NCBI GenBank assembly: GCA_964187785.1 | Contig: OZ076409.1 | Location: 96,226,001-96,290,000, forward strand | Length of the DNA stretch: 64,000 nucleotides | From: Amphiscolops sp. MND2022 | Lineage: Eukaryota | Direction of reading: 5' to 3' | Shown: positions 12,163 to 25,374 of the stretch, in pieces | Layout: every line of letters starts with the position of its first letter | Numbering within the stretch: the first letter of the stretch is position 1 | Notes under the pieces: model-generated | The model's database searches: none | The model's input: only the letters and a program-made list of their open reading frames with translations | What the model was told of the DNA's origin: nothing | Position numbers and translations under genes: made by a program

Positions 12163-15100
12163 TTAGGACGTAGCACCAGTGTCGCCGGTGGCGGCTTTCT
12201 TGGTCGTGGGGGGTTGCGGGAGAGAGGAGGCCTCGAAAAACATGGAGGGAATGTCTGAGCCGTAGTAGATCTTGGAGTTGGCGCCGATCGCCTCGTACTT
12301 CCTCAGTTCCAGGAACTGCGGCGTCAGCATCAACTAGAACAGCAAAGGGCAGGGGTTGGAAAATATTGATCGATGAACAATTAATTGCAATTTTAAAATG
12401 AAAATTTACTTATTGGGTAATTTTAAGACATTACTTATTGATTCGAAAATAGGCAATGAAAACCAATTAATTGCAATTTCTAAGCCTATTTCTCGGGCAT
12501 ATTTGTATAGCCAAACATGCATAGCGGGGAAAGCTAAATGGATTGAATGATGCATGCTTGGCAAATATCAACGCAATTTCAGCCGCTAATTTCTTACGAT
12601 TGTCGCCCGAAAACAATGAAGCCCAATTGTTTTTGAAAAGAAATAAGCAATTTTGGGATAAACTAATATCATTTCTGATTGTGATATGCTATGATAAAGT
12701 TTTAAAAAGTATTTTTCATTGAAATTAATTGCCAATTAATTGGTCAAATTGGAGTTTTTCGGAAATTGAAATTAATTTATTGTGCCATTTTTGAATATCA
12801 ATTAAAATGCAATTGATATTTCCAATACCTGGCGAAGGGTACAGTACTGCGATTGAGAAATCATCCCACACGCAATTTTGGGTTCGATTTTCTTGAAGAT
12901 ATTTATTTCTGAGACAAAAATTGAGAAAGTTACAAATAGCTGATTTCGAGCTAAATTGGGACTTTTAACGTTTTTCCAATTTTTGACCGCTTTATCTACA
13001 ATTTTTTGGCAAGCTTTATGCTCAATTAACTCCGACTAATCTACTGAATCTATGGATGTATTTTAATTTCAAAAATGATCAACCGTTTTTGAAATATGAG
13101 GCTCAAAAGGTAAAATTTCCTCAATTAACATGAATTTCACTGATTCGCCAATCAAAATTGAAAGTGAGAGCAAATAAACAATTCTAATTGGCTCAGAACG
13201 TCATAGGGGGATGACCTCTTAATCACAGTACAGTATTATTTATTTGACATTAGATGTCGCAAACGGTGTCGGGTCACAAGTCCGAAAGAATAAAATTAAA
13301 TTTTTATCGTCCAATAAGATTTCAGAAATCCAGCATAAGAAATACTTAGCACTGTATAATTCTCTGCAATCTGATTGGTTGACGCGGGCGGACCGGAACG
13401 AAGTCCGTTCAAAGATTTTTAAAATGAAATTTTCAATTTCCCCTAGTCAGCTATGTTCACATACTCCTAGTGCCCTAAATGCAGGAGCGAAGCGACGTGC
13501 CATATGGCCATGCCTCAATGTTGCTACTTGGCGAAGGGAGCGAAGCGACCGAGCCATACAACAAATATGAAGCATTTTTTCGGACTTGTGCAACCCAAAT
13601 TCATTTTCGGACTTGTGCAACCCAAATTTATTTTCGGACTTGTGCAACCCAAATTTATTTTCGGATCTGTGAATAGCCGCCGTCGCAAACAGCTAATGCT
13701 ACAAGTACGGTAAAATTCGGCACCGCAGAATGTCACGCGGTGTGAAATTGTGTAAACGCGTGAATTATTGCCCAATCAAATTTCAGCGTTTCATCGGAGA
13801 TAAAAGCGTGAAATAGCTCAATTTTTGTTCAAAATTGGGTAATAGAGCTCGAAATTGAACGGAAAATACAAAAAACATCAATTTTGGCAGGAAAGTTTTG
13901 TTTTGTCGTTTACTAAATAGCACTGATACAGCGAAGTTTTTGCAGCCAGCTGAAGATTCGGCTCTATTCTGACCCCCCGCCAAAATTTTTGAAAAAAAAA
14001 TTCCTTAAAAATTTCAGACTAGTCTAATTAAAAGTGAAACCTTCTTCTATAACAGGAAGTTAACGTCTATTGAAATAGTTTTGAACAAAACATTTTTCAC
14101 ACATTTTAACTATAATTTTCAATGTATTCACTGGTTTTTTGTGACTCAAAACAGGAAGCTGTTAATTTTCTAATCAAAACCGAGTGACTTCATAAGGGAA
14201 AATAGTGTGAACAAATTTTATATCTCAATTCCAAACTGTCACACTGGAAATGAATGGAAAATGAAGGTTTCTGGTTTGTATTCAAGTCTTTCTTTTTAAA
14301 ATTTCCACTAATTTTCCAGAAAAATTTGGTGGCGCGGGGAAAACAGACAAGAGCAAAAAATTCTAACCAATTGAGCGTTAAAATTTAGATTGTTGTTTCT
14401 GTATGTCAATGACAAACGAAATTGTTTTTGTAATTCTGGATTTCAAAGTACGTGAAATTAGCGTGAAATTGGACCGGAATTAGCGCGACACGTAAACTTG
14501 AAATTTGATGGTCCTTCAGCGTGAATTTCTGCGGAGCCTAGGTGAGTGAAATGAACGTCTGTAGCATTCACGTCGTCAAAAACTCTCAGTCAACGATTGA
14601 TTACTCACGGCAACACAAAATCGCCTTTTGTCAACAATTTCAAGTTATAGCAAATAGAACATTTTGTGAGGCTCTTTTCTGTCCCCCCCCACCACCGAAA
14701 TTTTTGGAAGTAAATTTCCTTAAAAACTTTAGACTAGCCTAATTAAAAGTAAAACTTCTTTCATAATGGGAAGTTAACGTCTATTGGAATAGTGTTTTGC
14801 TTTAACAAAACATTGTTCACGCTTTTTGACTATAATTGTGTTCGTATTAAGTGTTTATTCATGACTCAAAACAGGAAGCTGATGCGTCAAACTTCATCAA
14901 AAATGCGTGACTACATATTGAAAAAGTGTGAACAAAATTTGTATCTGAATCCTAAACTGTCACATTAAGAATGAATGTAAATTTGAAGCTTTCTGGTTTG
15001 TATTCAAGTCTTTTTGTTATACGATTTTCACTAATTTTCCTTTCCAAAAAAAATTTGGTGGTGGGGGGGGAAACAGAAGAAAAGAGCCTTTTGTGAATAT

Positions 15101-18100
15101 CGCCTGTTTGGAAAAATCGAATCTCCTGGTTTAATCAACATTCCAACTTATTCGAAATATCTTCTGGCAATTCTGGATACGATGCCAGTGTGACTCATGC
15201 ATACCTTGTTGGCTTGTGCTTCCTTCTCGGCTTGGTACAACCGAGCGTCGGCTTTGGCCTTTTCCGAAGCTACGTACGTCATATCTGAAACATCATAAAC
15301 ACACATCTAAAAAATTACTCTAAATACAGTAGCGTTCTAAAATATCGCAACCTCATGACATAAAATGGCAAAATTCAAAACTAAACATCTCGTAAACCGT
15401 AATCAATACAAACATTTACCAGCTAGGGAAATTTCTTGAAATTTTATCTAGTTTACAAAATGTTCGTTCGAAATTTCTACGACAAAAATTACGGACAAAA
15501 ATTACAAAAGTTAGAAATTGTAAATTTTGACAAAATTTCATCAAATTTCAATTTTTCTTGATTTTCACTAAGTTGAAAAATTAGTTTTGGATTTGCCCCC
15601 AAATCTCCTGACGATGCTGATATGATTTGATCGAGAAACTGTTTCAATTTCAAATAAGTCATCAATTTTCTAAATGCAATTCTTATAGCCTATCTTAATA
15701 CATGTCCTTCAGTGCTCATAGACGCAGAATAAAGTGTAGTTTTTGTGATTTGAAAAAATTCTCGATCAAAACAATTCAGAAGGTTCGGAAGATTACAGAG
15801 AGTCTTCGAAAAAAAAATCTGAAAATTTTAATTCTAAGCTACTCAATTTTCGAAAAAACTCAAATTTTGCATGTCCTAAAATTTGCACTTTCTAACTTTT
15901 TCAGTAAGCGTAGTAGAATTTTCAAACAAGCATTTTTGTAAACTAGATAAAATTTTAGGCAACTTTCCTAGCTGACTTTTTTGTAAGTTTTTTTGTGACA
16001 GTTTTCAAGATATTTGGATTTGAAATTTGCAATTTTCAGCAATGGAGTTGCGATATTTTAGAACGCTACTGTACACCCAAAGTGACACAGACTCATAGAG
16101 CAGTTTGATTAACCCTAAATGGACGAGGAAACTTCCGGATCCATCCAAAAATATGGTCCTTGACCTTTAAACCGCAATATCTCCTAAACTATTCCAGTCC
16201 GACAAACGATTTTTAGCGCTTTCGAAACTGCTGGGCTGGGGATATAGTACCATCGTCCATTTAGGGTTATTGCAAAATTGTTGGCAAACAGGAAAAATTG
16301 CATCTTTTCACCAGTTCACGCCCACGAAAAAACAGTAGCAAATAAAAAAAAGTGGCTATGAAAAAAAAACATGAAAACAATTTTTAACACAGAGGCGAAG
16401 CGGTGCTTCGCAACACATGACGAAGACAACGATTATTTTAATATGCGTATATATATTATTCTAATCGCATGCGTATATATTCAACAGTTCAACTTTATTC
16501 AATAACGTCCTTATGGCACAGTGGTTAACACTTATGCCGCGCAATCGGGAGGCTGCAGGTTCGAATCTCTCTGGGGTTTTGGCTTTTCTCTAAAAGGCGC
16601 TTATTATGAAGTTGGCTATTGTGGAAAAAAAACTTTCTTAGCTGGACTGCAATGCACATTGACTTCGTCATGTGCAAAAAAAACACTGTTCAGACATTTC
16701 TTCACAGTTGTTTATGGTCTACTTTCTGACTGTTGAATTTGTTAAGTATTTTAACATTTTTCAGATCAAAGTGTCTCGTGAGAAAAATGATATCTGGAAA
16801 AATTCAATAAAGTTAATGACTTTCATGATTTATATTCATTTGTTACACTTCTGTACAATGAAATATTTGGCAATAAATGAAAAAGCGAGCGTTATGTGTA
16901 ACACCGTTTTCCACGGTAATTTTCACAAGCGGAAAAAACAATAAAATGAAAAAACAGTATATTTCGAAAAACATGTTCAAAACATTCTTCTTGAAAAAAA
17001 CTATTATTAACAGCCTGCAAAGAAATATTAATAAAACCAGTTAATTGATGAATACTCACTCATTTAACCCTCTTATGGACACACATTGATCTTATTGTGA
17101 CAGAAACAAAATTTATGGCTTCACAAGCCAAAGTTGCCCTCTTTTTCGGAAAATGCACTTTCTTGGTGAAAAAATTGCAGCTTCCGTGATCTTGTTTCGT
17201 TACAAAAATGTAACAATGAGCGTAAACACTAGATACATTTTTGAAAGTTGAGAAAAACATGGGAGTATGGCATAGACGGAGGTTAAATAGAGGGGTATGG
17301 CATAGACGGAGGTTACATGTTGAGCTGAGATATGAAATATTAAACGAGACGCCCGCCAAACACCGGGATATTTTCCGCGACACTCTTATTGCAAAAAAAG
17401 TATGGCGAAGGAAAGGATCGAACCAACGACCTACTGGCTGGAAAACACGAAAAAATTTCAAGCAGCAGCCCGGGTTCGAACCCACGACCTACTGGCTGGG
17501 AAAGCAATAAGGCGGAAAATAATTTATGTGGGCGGAAAATAAGGACAAGACAGATGATCGACTTGCCCTGGATCTCGGCGATCTTCTTCTCGCTCTCCTG
17601 CTGCATAATCTTCTGTTCCCACTGGATCTTGTTCACCTGTGCGTTCTTCTCCGCCTCTATCACCGCCTTCTTTCGCTCAGTCTCCGCCTCCTTCTCCACC
17701 ACCTGTTAAAAAAGATGTTTCTTAAATACTCATCACCATGAGTTTAGATTCGGATCCACGTCAATTCACACAAGTAACTGTCAACCACACTATCATCTAG
17801 AATAGTGTGGGGGATGGGGGAAGGAAAAGTTCCTAGATTCCAAACCCTGATGCTCACAATGGGCTGAGTGGAGACAAAACTCTGGACTCTTTTCTGTTCC
17901 CCCACCACCAATTTTTTTGAAAAATTAGTTTTAAAAAATATCAGAAAAAAACTTCAGAAACCAGTTTTAAAATTTATTCTCACGACGACTGTTTAAGAAT
18001 TCAGCTACAAACTTTGTTCACACTTTCTCTCCTTATGACGTCACGCATTTCTTATTAGGAAATCGACAATTTCATTTTTTGAGTCACGAAAAACCTATTT

Positions 18101-21100
18101 TTCAACATAAACCAATCAGAATGTGAAAAATGTTTGGTTCAAACAAAAAACTATTCGAATTGAAGTTAACTTCCTAATGGAAAAAAAATTCACTTCTAAT
18201 TCGGCCAGACTCTGTTTTGGTCTCATTTTCCGAACTCACAAATTTATGTGTAGGAGGAAAATCACCATCTGAGTAGCGTTTTTTCCGAATCCTGCCAAAT
18301 CTCCACTTTATTACTCAGCCACCGTGGCCAAGTTGGTAGTGCGTCCGCCGCGTGTTTACTTCCAAAATGACGGCAATCGACTCGAGATGAAAGTAATTGA
18401 AGGAAACATGAAGTGACACGACTATAATAGTGGCTTTTTTCAATCCACACGAACTCACCAAATAGGTCTACAAAGTTCTATTGTACCATTTGGCCCAGTG
18501 CACTGAACTGTAATGGTTGTTCTTTATCCAACGTGACATACAAAACCGACGAGACTAAAGGGTCCCCTTTCAATTTTTTTCGGCACTGTGCGACTTTTTT
18601 TGAAAATTTTTCGATGTCTCCAAAGGGCACCCCTTCAATTTTTTTAAATATTTTGCTACAAATTGGATTTTCGAAAAGCCCGAAACCCTGTTATAATTTT
18701 CGGCATTAGGCGTTTTTGGTAATTTCTGAGCAAATTTTCACACGTTTCTCAGATCCCAGTCATACGATTTTGATGCCATTGCGCACGCAGGAGCACCTTT
18801 GGGCGTAGAATGTTTGTGCTAAAAAATTCCAAAATCGTATGCACAGTTTGAGAAATTTGAAATTTTCATTGAAAGCTCGGGTGAAAGCAAGTACGAGTGC
18901 ATAAGTAGTCGAGAATTTTTTCCACTGCTAAAAATCAATGTAAGCTAGACAAGCCGGGACCGGCCCAAGTCTGCGCCATATCCAAGGCTCAAAAATAGCA
19001 AAAGGACTTCCAAGTGTCAATTTACAGTTCGAAAATCGAAAAGGCAAAAAATATGAACCGAGTGGCGCGCCGGGGCCCGCTAGAGCGAGCCCCTGGCGCG
19101 CTAAAAGGGGGACACTTCCGAAATTGTCAACATTTTTGTCGCAGTTGAAGGGGGGACCCTTTGGAGAAAAAACAAATTTTCGAAAAAAAAGTCTCACAAT
19201 GCCGATAAACTGAAAGGGGCCCTTTGGGATTTTTAAACACCCAATCTGTTGTAAAATATCCAAGAAATTGAAGGGGGGACCCTTTGGAGAGAAAAGAAAA
19301 TTAGAAAAAAAGTCTCACAATGCCGAAAAACTGAAAGGGGGACCCTTTGGGGTTTTTCAACATCCATTCTGTCGCAAAACATCAAAAAATTGAAGTAATG
19401 AAAAATTTGTATTTTCGGAAAAAAAGTCTCACAATGCCGAAAAACTGAAAGGGGGACCCTTTGGGATTTTACAACATCCATTCTGTCGCAAAACAGCAAA
19501 AAAATTGAAGGGGGGACCCTTTGGGGAAAATTTTTTTCCGAAAAAGTCTCGCAGTGCCGAAAAAAAATTGAAAGGGGGACCCTTTGGTCTCGCCCGGTAT
19601 GGTATGTTACGCGGGAAAACAGGAAAAACCTTTTTGGTTCAGTTCGCTAGACCAAATAGTGCAATTTGGTGCAGTAATATTTTGTAGAACTTTTAAGAAC
19701 TATTTTGGTCAGTTCGTGTGGATTGAAAAAAAAATAAAAGCCACTATAATAGTCGCGTTTCACTTCATGAAGCGCCGACTAATAAAAACGAATGTCAACA
19801 GAATGTTGAGTACATCTATTTGAGTTTTCAAAAGCTCCCACCAAAAAATTTTTAACAACGGAAACATAAGGTTGGTAGTATATGTATCTATGAAGTTTTT
19901 TTAAAAAAAGTGTCGAAAATAAAAATTATTCTACTTTTGAGCAAATTTTGAGCGTTTTTTGCACGTTTTGCTGATAGAATGATCCAGGGTGGAAACATTC
20001 TTTTCTTTAGCGGGAGTTTTGTTCAATGTCTGCACAATCAACCACAGCTTCCTGATTGAATTACTGAAAAATACTAACAGCAGTCTTCGTGAACCAATTA
20101 TGCATAGTTTCAAAGAGGTTTTTCACACATACCACACGAAACTAACCCTAACTGACCGGGTGATTTTGCAAACTTTCGAAAAATCTGATCAAAAATGTTC
20201 AATCATTAATATCTCCCAACTACGCATACCAGAGAAATGAACTATAGTACATTTGAAAGGGTGTCAGGACAGTTCATCCTATGCAATTTCAACCTATGCA
20301 CTTTCAACCGTTCGCAATTTCGACCTAAACTAATTTTGGCTAATGGATCATAATTAGTTACATAATTATTTCGGTTTTAGCTTTCATACATTTCTAAATT
20401 CAAATGTGCTATTTTTTGCGCCAGTGTTGATACGTTTTGGCTTCTTCATGAAAAATTACCATTAATTAAGGCTGTTTGACTCATTAGTAAATATTGTACT
20501 GAGATAATAGCTCAACCGAATTAAGACTAAATAGCCAAAATTTGTTTAGGTTGAAATTGTGAGCGGTTGAAATGGCAACGGTTGAAATTGCATAGGTTGA
20601 AAGTGTATAGGACGAAATGTCGTGCAACCATTTGAAAGGTCTGGTACTTGGCTTTCATTTTGATCAAGTGAGCTCCTGTCGCCGCGCGCTTTATTCTGAA
20701 TTTTCGTAGAGCCCGCTGCGCGGCGACTCGTAGTAACAGGAGCATATTATTTGGCTTAGCTCCACAACGTCTTGGAGTGTAAGGGTATGGAGTTGCATTT
20801 TTATGGGCCGATGACTTTTGAGAAAACTGGATTTTGCCAGAAGGGGCAGGCAATTTTGAAGAACTATAACCATTTTTTGCAAGAAAAACCCATTTTTCTC
20901 AGTTTTGGAGACAAACTCATTGTGCTTGTGCCGGTCAAATCAAACACGATACCAACAAATTGTTGAATAAAAAAATGATGAGATTACTGGTTACTGGCAT
21001 AACGGTTCAGAAGTTGAAAAAAGGTAGGTAAGTACCGCTAAGCTATTTAGAGTCAAGATTTTTTGGATTTTTTAAAAAAGGATTGAAGCTCGAGGTTGTG

Positions 21101-24100
21101 GTCACCTTTTGTTTTTCCACGGAAATGAGCAGCTTGGTCTTTTCTGCCTCCATCGTCTCGAAGTTCTTCCTGATGGTCTCTGGAATCTTGGGCTTGGTGA
21201 CTCGCACAGCCTGGATGTACAGGCCAGGTGCCATCTGAAGGATGTCCGATTGTAAAGCTTGCTTCAGGTTCTCGTCGATTTGGTCTGAACAACAAAAACC
21301 AAGCGCCTCAAAGTTTACAATCCACAGAAAAATAACTCCTAATTAACACATGACTTGGCTTGCGATATGACGACACTTTCGAGGTTTCACAATTTGAACA
21401 AAATTTTTCAATTCCACGAGAAAATCCTTACTTCGTAATAAATGAAGGTTGAGTTATAGGAACAGAGGCTGTCTTTATGGATTCGGCTGTTCTGTTGAAT
21501 TTGTACTTTGTAAGTTGTTTGTTTTATTTGTTTGTTTTATATTCAACAGATAAATTTAAATTTTTTATTGTTTGATTTACTCATCGAATGACAGCTCAAC
21601 TAAAACAAACACCCTTTATCATCATGCTAACTACTCGTTAGTGCAAGGGTACAATTTAAAACCTATTTAGTGCAAGGGTACAATTTAAACCCTATTTAGT
21701 GCAAGGGTACAATTTAAACCCTATTTAGTGCAAGGGTACAATTTAAAACCCTGCAAAGGCTACCCTTAAAGAAATTATCACAAAAAGAACTATTTCGGTT
21801 TTCCTGGATTTTGTTAACTATCGCTGATCCCGATTAAAGTCTTCACAAAAACCATCGATCTATTGATTAATTGAAAAAAACTCGTAAACATGTTTCCTTC
21901 CAGGAAAAATTAACTGATAGGATTCTAATTGAATGAGGGTCGACGTTTTCAAGGCACCAGAAATACAATGGAGTCTCTCTCAATAGGCACATTGCCGAAA
22001 GCATTTAATGAACAAAGGCTTGTGTTGTATTGATTTTCTATACAAATGCCGTGTCGGCATTTCTATGTTAAATGTTAACATTTCTGTTAAATGCACTTTT
22101 AACGTAACACGGTGGCCAGCTGGGTCGCCTTTTCCCAAAGTCGCTTTTTTACGCTATGAAAGATTAAGTGCCGAGTTAAGTGCCCAAAGTGGACACAGCA
22201 ACGTCATATCTGGAAATGTCATTGATACTCCCAAGGGGTGCCGTAAACCGAGGTCCGCCTGTACAGTGTTTATTATTTTCCGCCCACATAAATGGGGGAG
22301 GAAAATCATAATCTGTGTTGCGTTTTTTTTCTGCAAAATCTCCACGATCTCCATATCAATAGTCAAGTAACTAAAATAGTCAAGTAACTAAGTCAAGTAG
22401 TGAAGTAACTAAGTGACTTGACTATTTTAGTTACTATTTAATATTGTATTTTAGTTGTTGTTGTATTTTAGTTGTAATATTGTATTTTTATTAATACTAT
22501 TTAATATAATATTTTAGTTAGTATTTAATATTGCGTTTTACTGGGAGGAAGGAAATTTTCGATTAAGTGTCTATTGTTAGCCAATTGAAGGCGGAAAATA
22601 TCCCGGTGCATAGCGGGCGTCTTGTTATTTTTTAAAAGTGGTATTTGTGCTACAAACCGAAGAGTTCGATGTACACTTCTCGGAGTGTGTGCATGCTGCA
22701 GAACTGATTGACTTCGTGGTGCACCTTGTTGAAGATAAGAGTCTTGTCGTAATCCGCAGAGAAGTTGCGCACTATGTCGAACACTGCAAACACAACAAGA
22801 CGAGAACGTCTGAAGTCGGCGCTATATCTAAGGCTCAAAAAGCGCAAAACTTTTTTGGAAAAAAACTTGAAATTTTCGAAAATTTTTCTCTTCCGGAAAA
22901 TGTCGCACAGTGCCGAAAAATGTAAAAGGGGGGACCCTTTTTGATTTATAAACATGCATTCTGTTGCAAAATAACAAAAAACTCAAAGGGGGGACCCTTT
23001 GGGACAATAAAAAATTTTCGAAAAAAAGTCGCAGTGCCGAAAAAAAATCAAAAGGGGGACCCTTTAGTCTCGGCCGGTTTTGTAGGTTACGTTAAAAAAA
23101 GTAAAAAATGAAAGGGACCCTTTGCCTTGGTCGGACTTGACGCCTTAGGTGGTTTCAGGATTGTTTCTAAAAAGTGGACCGATCAGTGTGAGGATTGTAG
23201 TCTGAAAAAAAAGGTATTTTGTATTTTAGTTTTGAATTCACATGCTCCGTCAGTTGAACTTATTGTGAAATTTCTAGGAAATATTTGGTTAGAACAAACT
23301 AAAAGTCCTGCATAGAGTAAGCTACACAAAGTTTAAGCACAGCAGTTTCTTTTCGATCGATAGGTTGTCATTCGCGTAATTTATAACCTAAGAGGTAGGG
23401 TGAGGCCACGTCAAAAACGCCAACAATCATTTAACAAGCCGGGAACGGCCCAAGTCGGCGCCATATCTAAGGCTCAAAAATAGCAAAAGGACTTCAAAAT
23501 GTCAAGTATTCTCTTCTACAGTACCCGCACGAGAAAAAAATTGAAAAAAAATTATCTGAAACTTTTTTTTTTGGTCTCCGGTAAGTCGCATAGTGCCGAA
23601 AAATGTAAAAGGGGGCCTTTGGAAGTTTTTGAACATCCATTCTTTTGCAAAATAGAAATAAATTGAAGGGGGACACTTTGGAGACATTTAAAAAATTTGT
23701 CTCACAAAGCCGAAATAACCTGCACAAAAAAATTTTGGTCAGGGGCGGGACTCGAACTCACGTCCTTTTGCTTGGCAGACCTCAAAAAAGCCTAATTAAC
23801 CTCTATACCAAGTGCCAGTAGAAGTAGTGTGCCAGTTAGTGTTAGTGCAAGTCAGCTTATAAAGCTTATAAAATCTGTCACTTCGTTGGTCTTTAAAAAA
23901 GTCATTGCTATAGTTTGCGTTTTCTACGAAAAGCGCCGACTAAAAAAGACTACAAAAAGGTGGGACAAATGAATGAAACTAAATGGAACGGGAATAAATC
24001 ACGGCACCAACCGGCATTGCTCCTGAGAATATTGACGACTTCTATTCTGTCGAAGTAGATCATGACTCCGCCACTGGTTCCACAAGGAACGTTTTTCACT

Positions 24101-24850
24101 TCATCTGTCTGGAGGGTGGTCTGCACCGATCGATATGTGGTGATGAAAGGAATCATGACATGGAACCCAGGGCCCGCAGTGCTTTGCAACAGAGCTCCAC
24201 CCTGCAATGGTTTTTTTTGAACTCTCAGCTACACATAATGTGGTTCAACTATAAGTAATGTGGGTCAAGTAACTCGTGCTGCTTTTGAGATCATATATTC
24301 GGACATAACCAACGTTTTCTTTGCTCACACAGACTTTGAAAGTGTTTTTAAGGCCGCCAACTTTTCAGTCCCAAAACTTCAATTTTGTTGCAGATTTTTG
24401 AATTCATTCATTCGAGCAATTGACATGTACGGGGTTTTTATTATGAAAAGAAATGATAGTTTGAATAAAGCCAAAAACTGACTTATTACATAGGTAATTG
24501 GGGAGTGATCCCTTCAGGTCAACTGATATTGAATTATGACGATGGGTTATGTGTGGTTTAGTATTATTTAATGCTGTATGGCATATATTTTACATCATCA
24601 GTTGCCTGTAAATCCATGATGATAATAATAATAACAACAACGCTGCAATGATCCAAACATGAACTTACCCGATAATACACGGCAACGTGACCTGCAATGC
24701 AAATTCCATAAATGTAAAGAAGTTTAGTGTATAGAAAATGTTTAAAATCAGGGAAGAATGTTACCAACCTTCATCGACTTTGTGGATTGATATGCCCATC
24801 ATCACTGCCACTATTGCAATGGCCCATGCTACTACCATGACGAAATTCAT
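12163..24850 (-). CDS. ERLIN: Erlin (ER lipid raft-associated SPFH protein), 8 coding exons: 24850-24769, 24691-24669, 24201-24012, 22783-22658, 21284-21106, 17702-17567, 15284-15205, 12333-12163; ~328 aa
   Basis: Exons join in phase (987 nt including stop). N-terminal hydrophobic anchor, [102 protein letters not shown] are all erlin hallmarks. Confidence 0.95.
12350..12831. mobile_element. hAT-like MITE in last erlin intron
   Basis: TIR CAGGGGTTGGAAAATA / TATTTCCAATACCTG. 8-bp TSD GCAAAGGG/GCGAAGGG. Confidence 0.75.
12842..13233. mobile_element. Tc1/mariner-like MITE (relatives 60227-60882 and partial ~55757-56079)
   Basis: TIR CAGTACTG(C/T)GATT(G/A)AGA..ATC.TCCC, TA flanks, shared internal sequence among copies. 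Confidence 0.75.
13265..13681. mobile_element. MULE-like MITE with core Y and 28-bp subterminal array
   Basis: 9-bp TSD GTCGCAAAC, GG..CC ends, CACAAGTCCGAAA / TTTCGGACTTGTG inverted arms, 3 copies of TTTTCGGACTTGTGCAACCCAAATT(C/T)AT. Confidence 0.8.
14670..15088. mobile_element. TIR MITE with 8-bp TSD (relatives ~13960-14355, ~17885-18260)
   Basis: GGCTCTTTTCT..CCCCC / GGGGG..AGAAAAGAGCC, TSD TTTTGTGA on both sides. Confidence 0.75.
15327..16071. mobile_element. Tc1/mariner-like MITE
   Basis: TIR CAGTAGCGTTCTAAAATATCGCAAC, TA flanks. Confidence 0.85.
16113..16266. mobile_element. piggyBac-like MITE
   Basis: TTAA-CCCTAAATGGACGA ... TCGTCCATTTAGGG-TTAT. Confidence 0.65.
16506..16580 (+). 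pseudogene. Degenerate tRNA-like sequence (SINE head or pseudo-tRNA)
   Basis: A-box-like TGGCACAGTGG and B-box GGTTCGAATC. Stems imperfect. Confidence 0.45.
18948..19785 (+). mobile_element. Helentron/DINE-1-like repeat with expanded ~60/120-bp internal tandem array
   Basis: Same termini as 8329-8820. Repeated AGTCTCACAATGCCGAAAAACTGAAAGGGGGACCCTTTGG units. 3' hairpin AGTCGCGTTTC..GAAGCGCCGACT. Confidence 0.65.
20260..20629. mobile_element. MULE-like MITE
   Basis: 9-bp TSD ATTTGAAAG, GG..CC ends, TTTCAACCTATGCA / TGCATAGGTTGAAA arms. Confidence 0.8.
21639..21752. repeat. Minisatellite, 4 x 28-29 bp
   Basis: TAGTGCAAGGGTACAATTTAAA(A/C)CCTATT repeated directly with no spacers. Confidence 0.9.
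22796..23215 (+). mobile_element. Helentron/DINE-1-like repeat copy
   Basis: ACAAGACGAGAACGTCTGAAGTCGGCGCTATATCTAAGGCTC start, high similarity to 8329-8820. Confidence 0.6.
23435..23946 (+). mobile_element. Helentron/DINE-1-like repeat copy carrying a tRNA-like fragment
   Basis: ACAAGCCGGGAACGGCCCAAGTCGGCGCC start, AAGCGCCGACTAAAAA end. Internal reverse-strand CTGCCAA..GAGTTCGAGTCCCGCCCCTGACCA. Confidence 0.6.
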
Positions 24851-25154
24851 TGCTGATCTTTAGTATTTCACTATCATTACTCAACACTGAAAACGAAATG
24901 AAACAAATAGCAACAAGAAACAACTTAGGCAGCGAATAGTATTTGGCAACTATTGAAGAAATAGTTTGAACAAAACTCCATCAGTTCGAAGATGCACATT
25001 ATTCAAAACGAAATAAGCTGCCTTTTACTTTCCGCAACGACATCGCGGAAAGGTACTTAATTTGTCTGAAGTTTGACTGTTGTCTCGAGCTTGTCTGTAA
25101 TGTACTGTTATTTTTTACCTTTCTTGGATGACATACTTACCGACAAAAGTTCTG

Positions 25155-25240
25155 TACTTGTGGAAATTTAGATACTTGTGGAAATTTAGATACTTGTGGA
25201 AATTTAGATACTTGTGGATATTTAATGTACTTGTGGAAAG
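25155..25240. repeat. 18-bp minisatellite
   Basis: TACTTGTGGAAATTTAGA x3 plus degenerate copies. A single unit is present in the related repeats at ~35945 and ~39645. Confidence 0.8.
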
Positions 25241-25374
25241 ACAGAAAAATATTGATAAAAAATTTGAGCGCCAAAAGCTTTCTTGGAATTTACTGCTCCA
25301 GAAAGATTCTATGTACCTTATTATTCAGTGCCGTGTAGGTCATCATGTAGGCGGGAGATGACACCCGTGGGCTG

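Noticed and set aside
21639..21752. 28-29 bp repeats as a CRISPR array (also 13575-13665 and 27273-27365)
   Set aside because: Repeats are contiguous without unique spacers, there are no cas genes, and the context is eukaryotic.
25052..25080. GGTACTTAATTTGTCTGAAGTTTGA loosely resembling a nematode-type spliced leader
   Set aside because: No GT donor follows and no clear Sm site. Similarity is weak.
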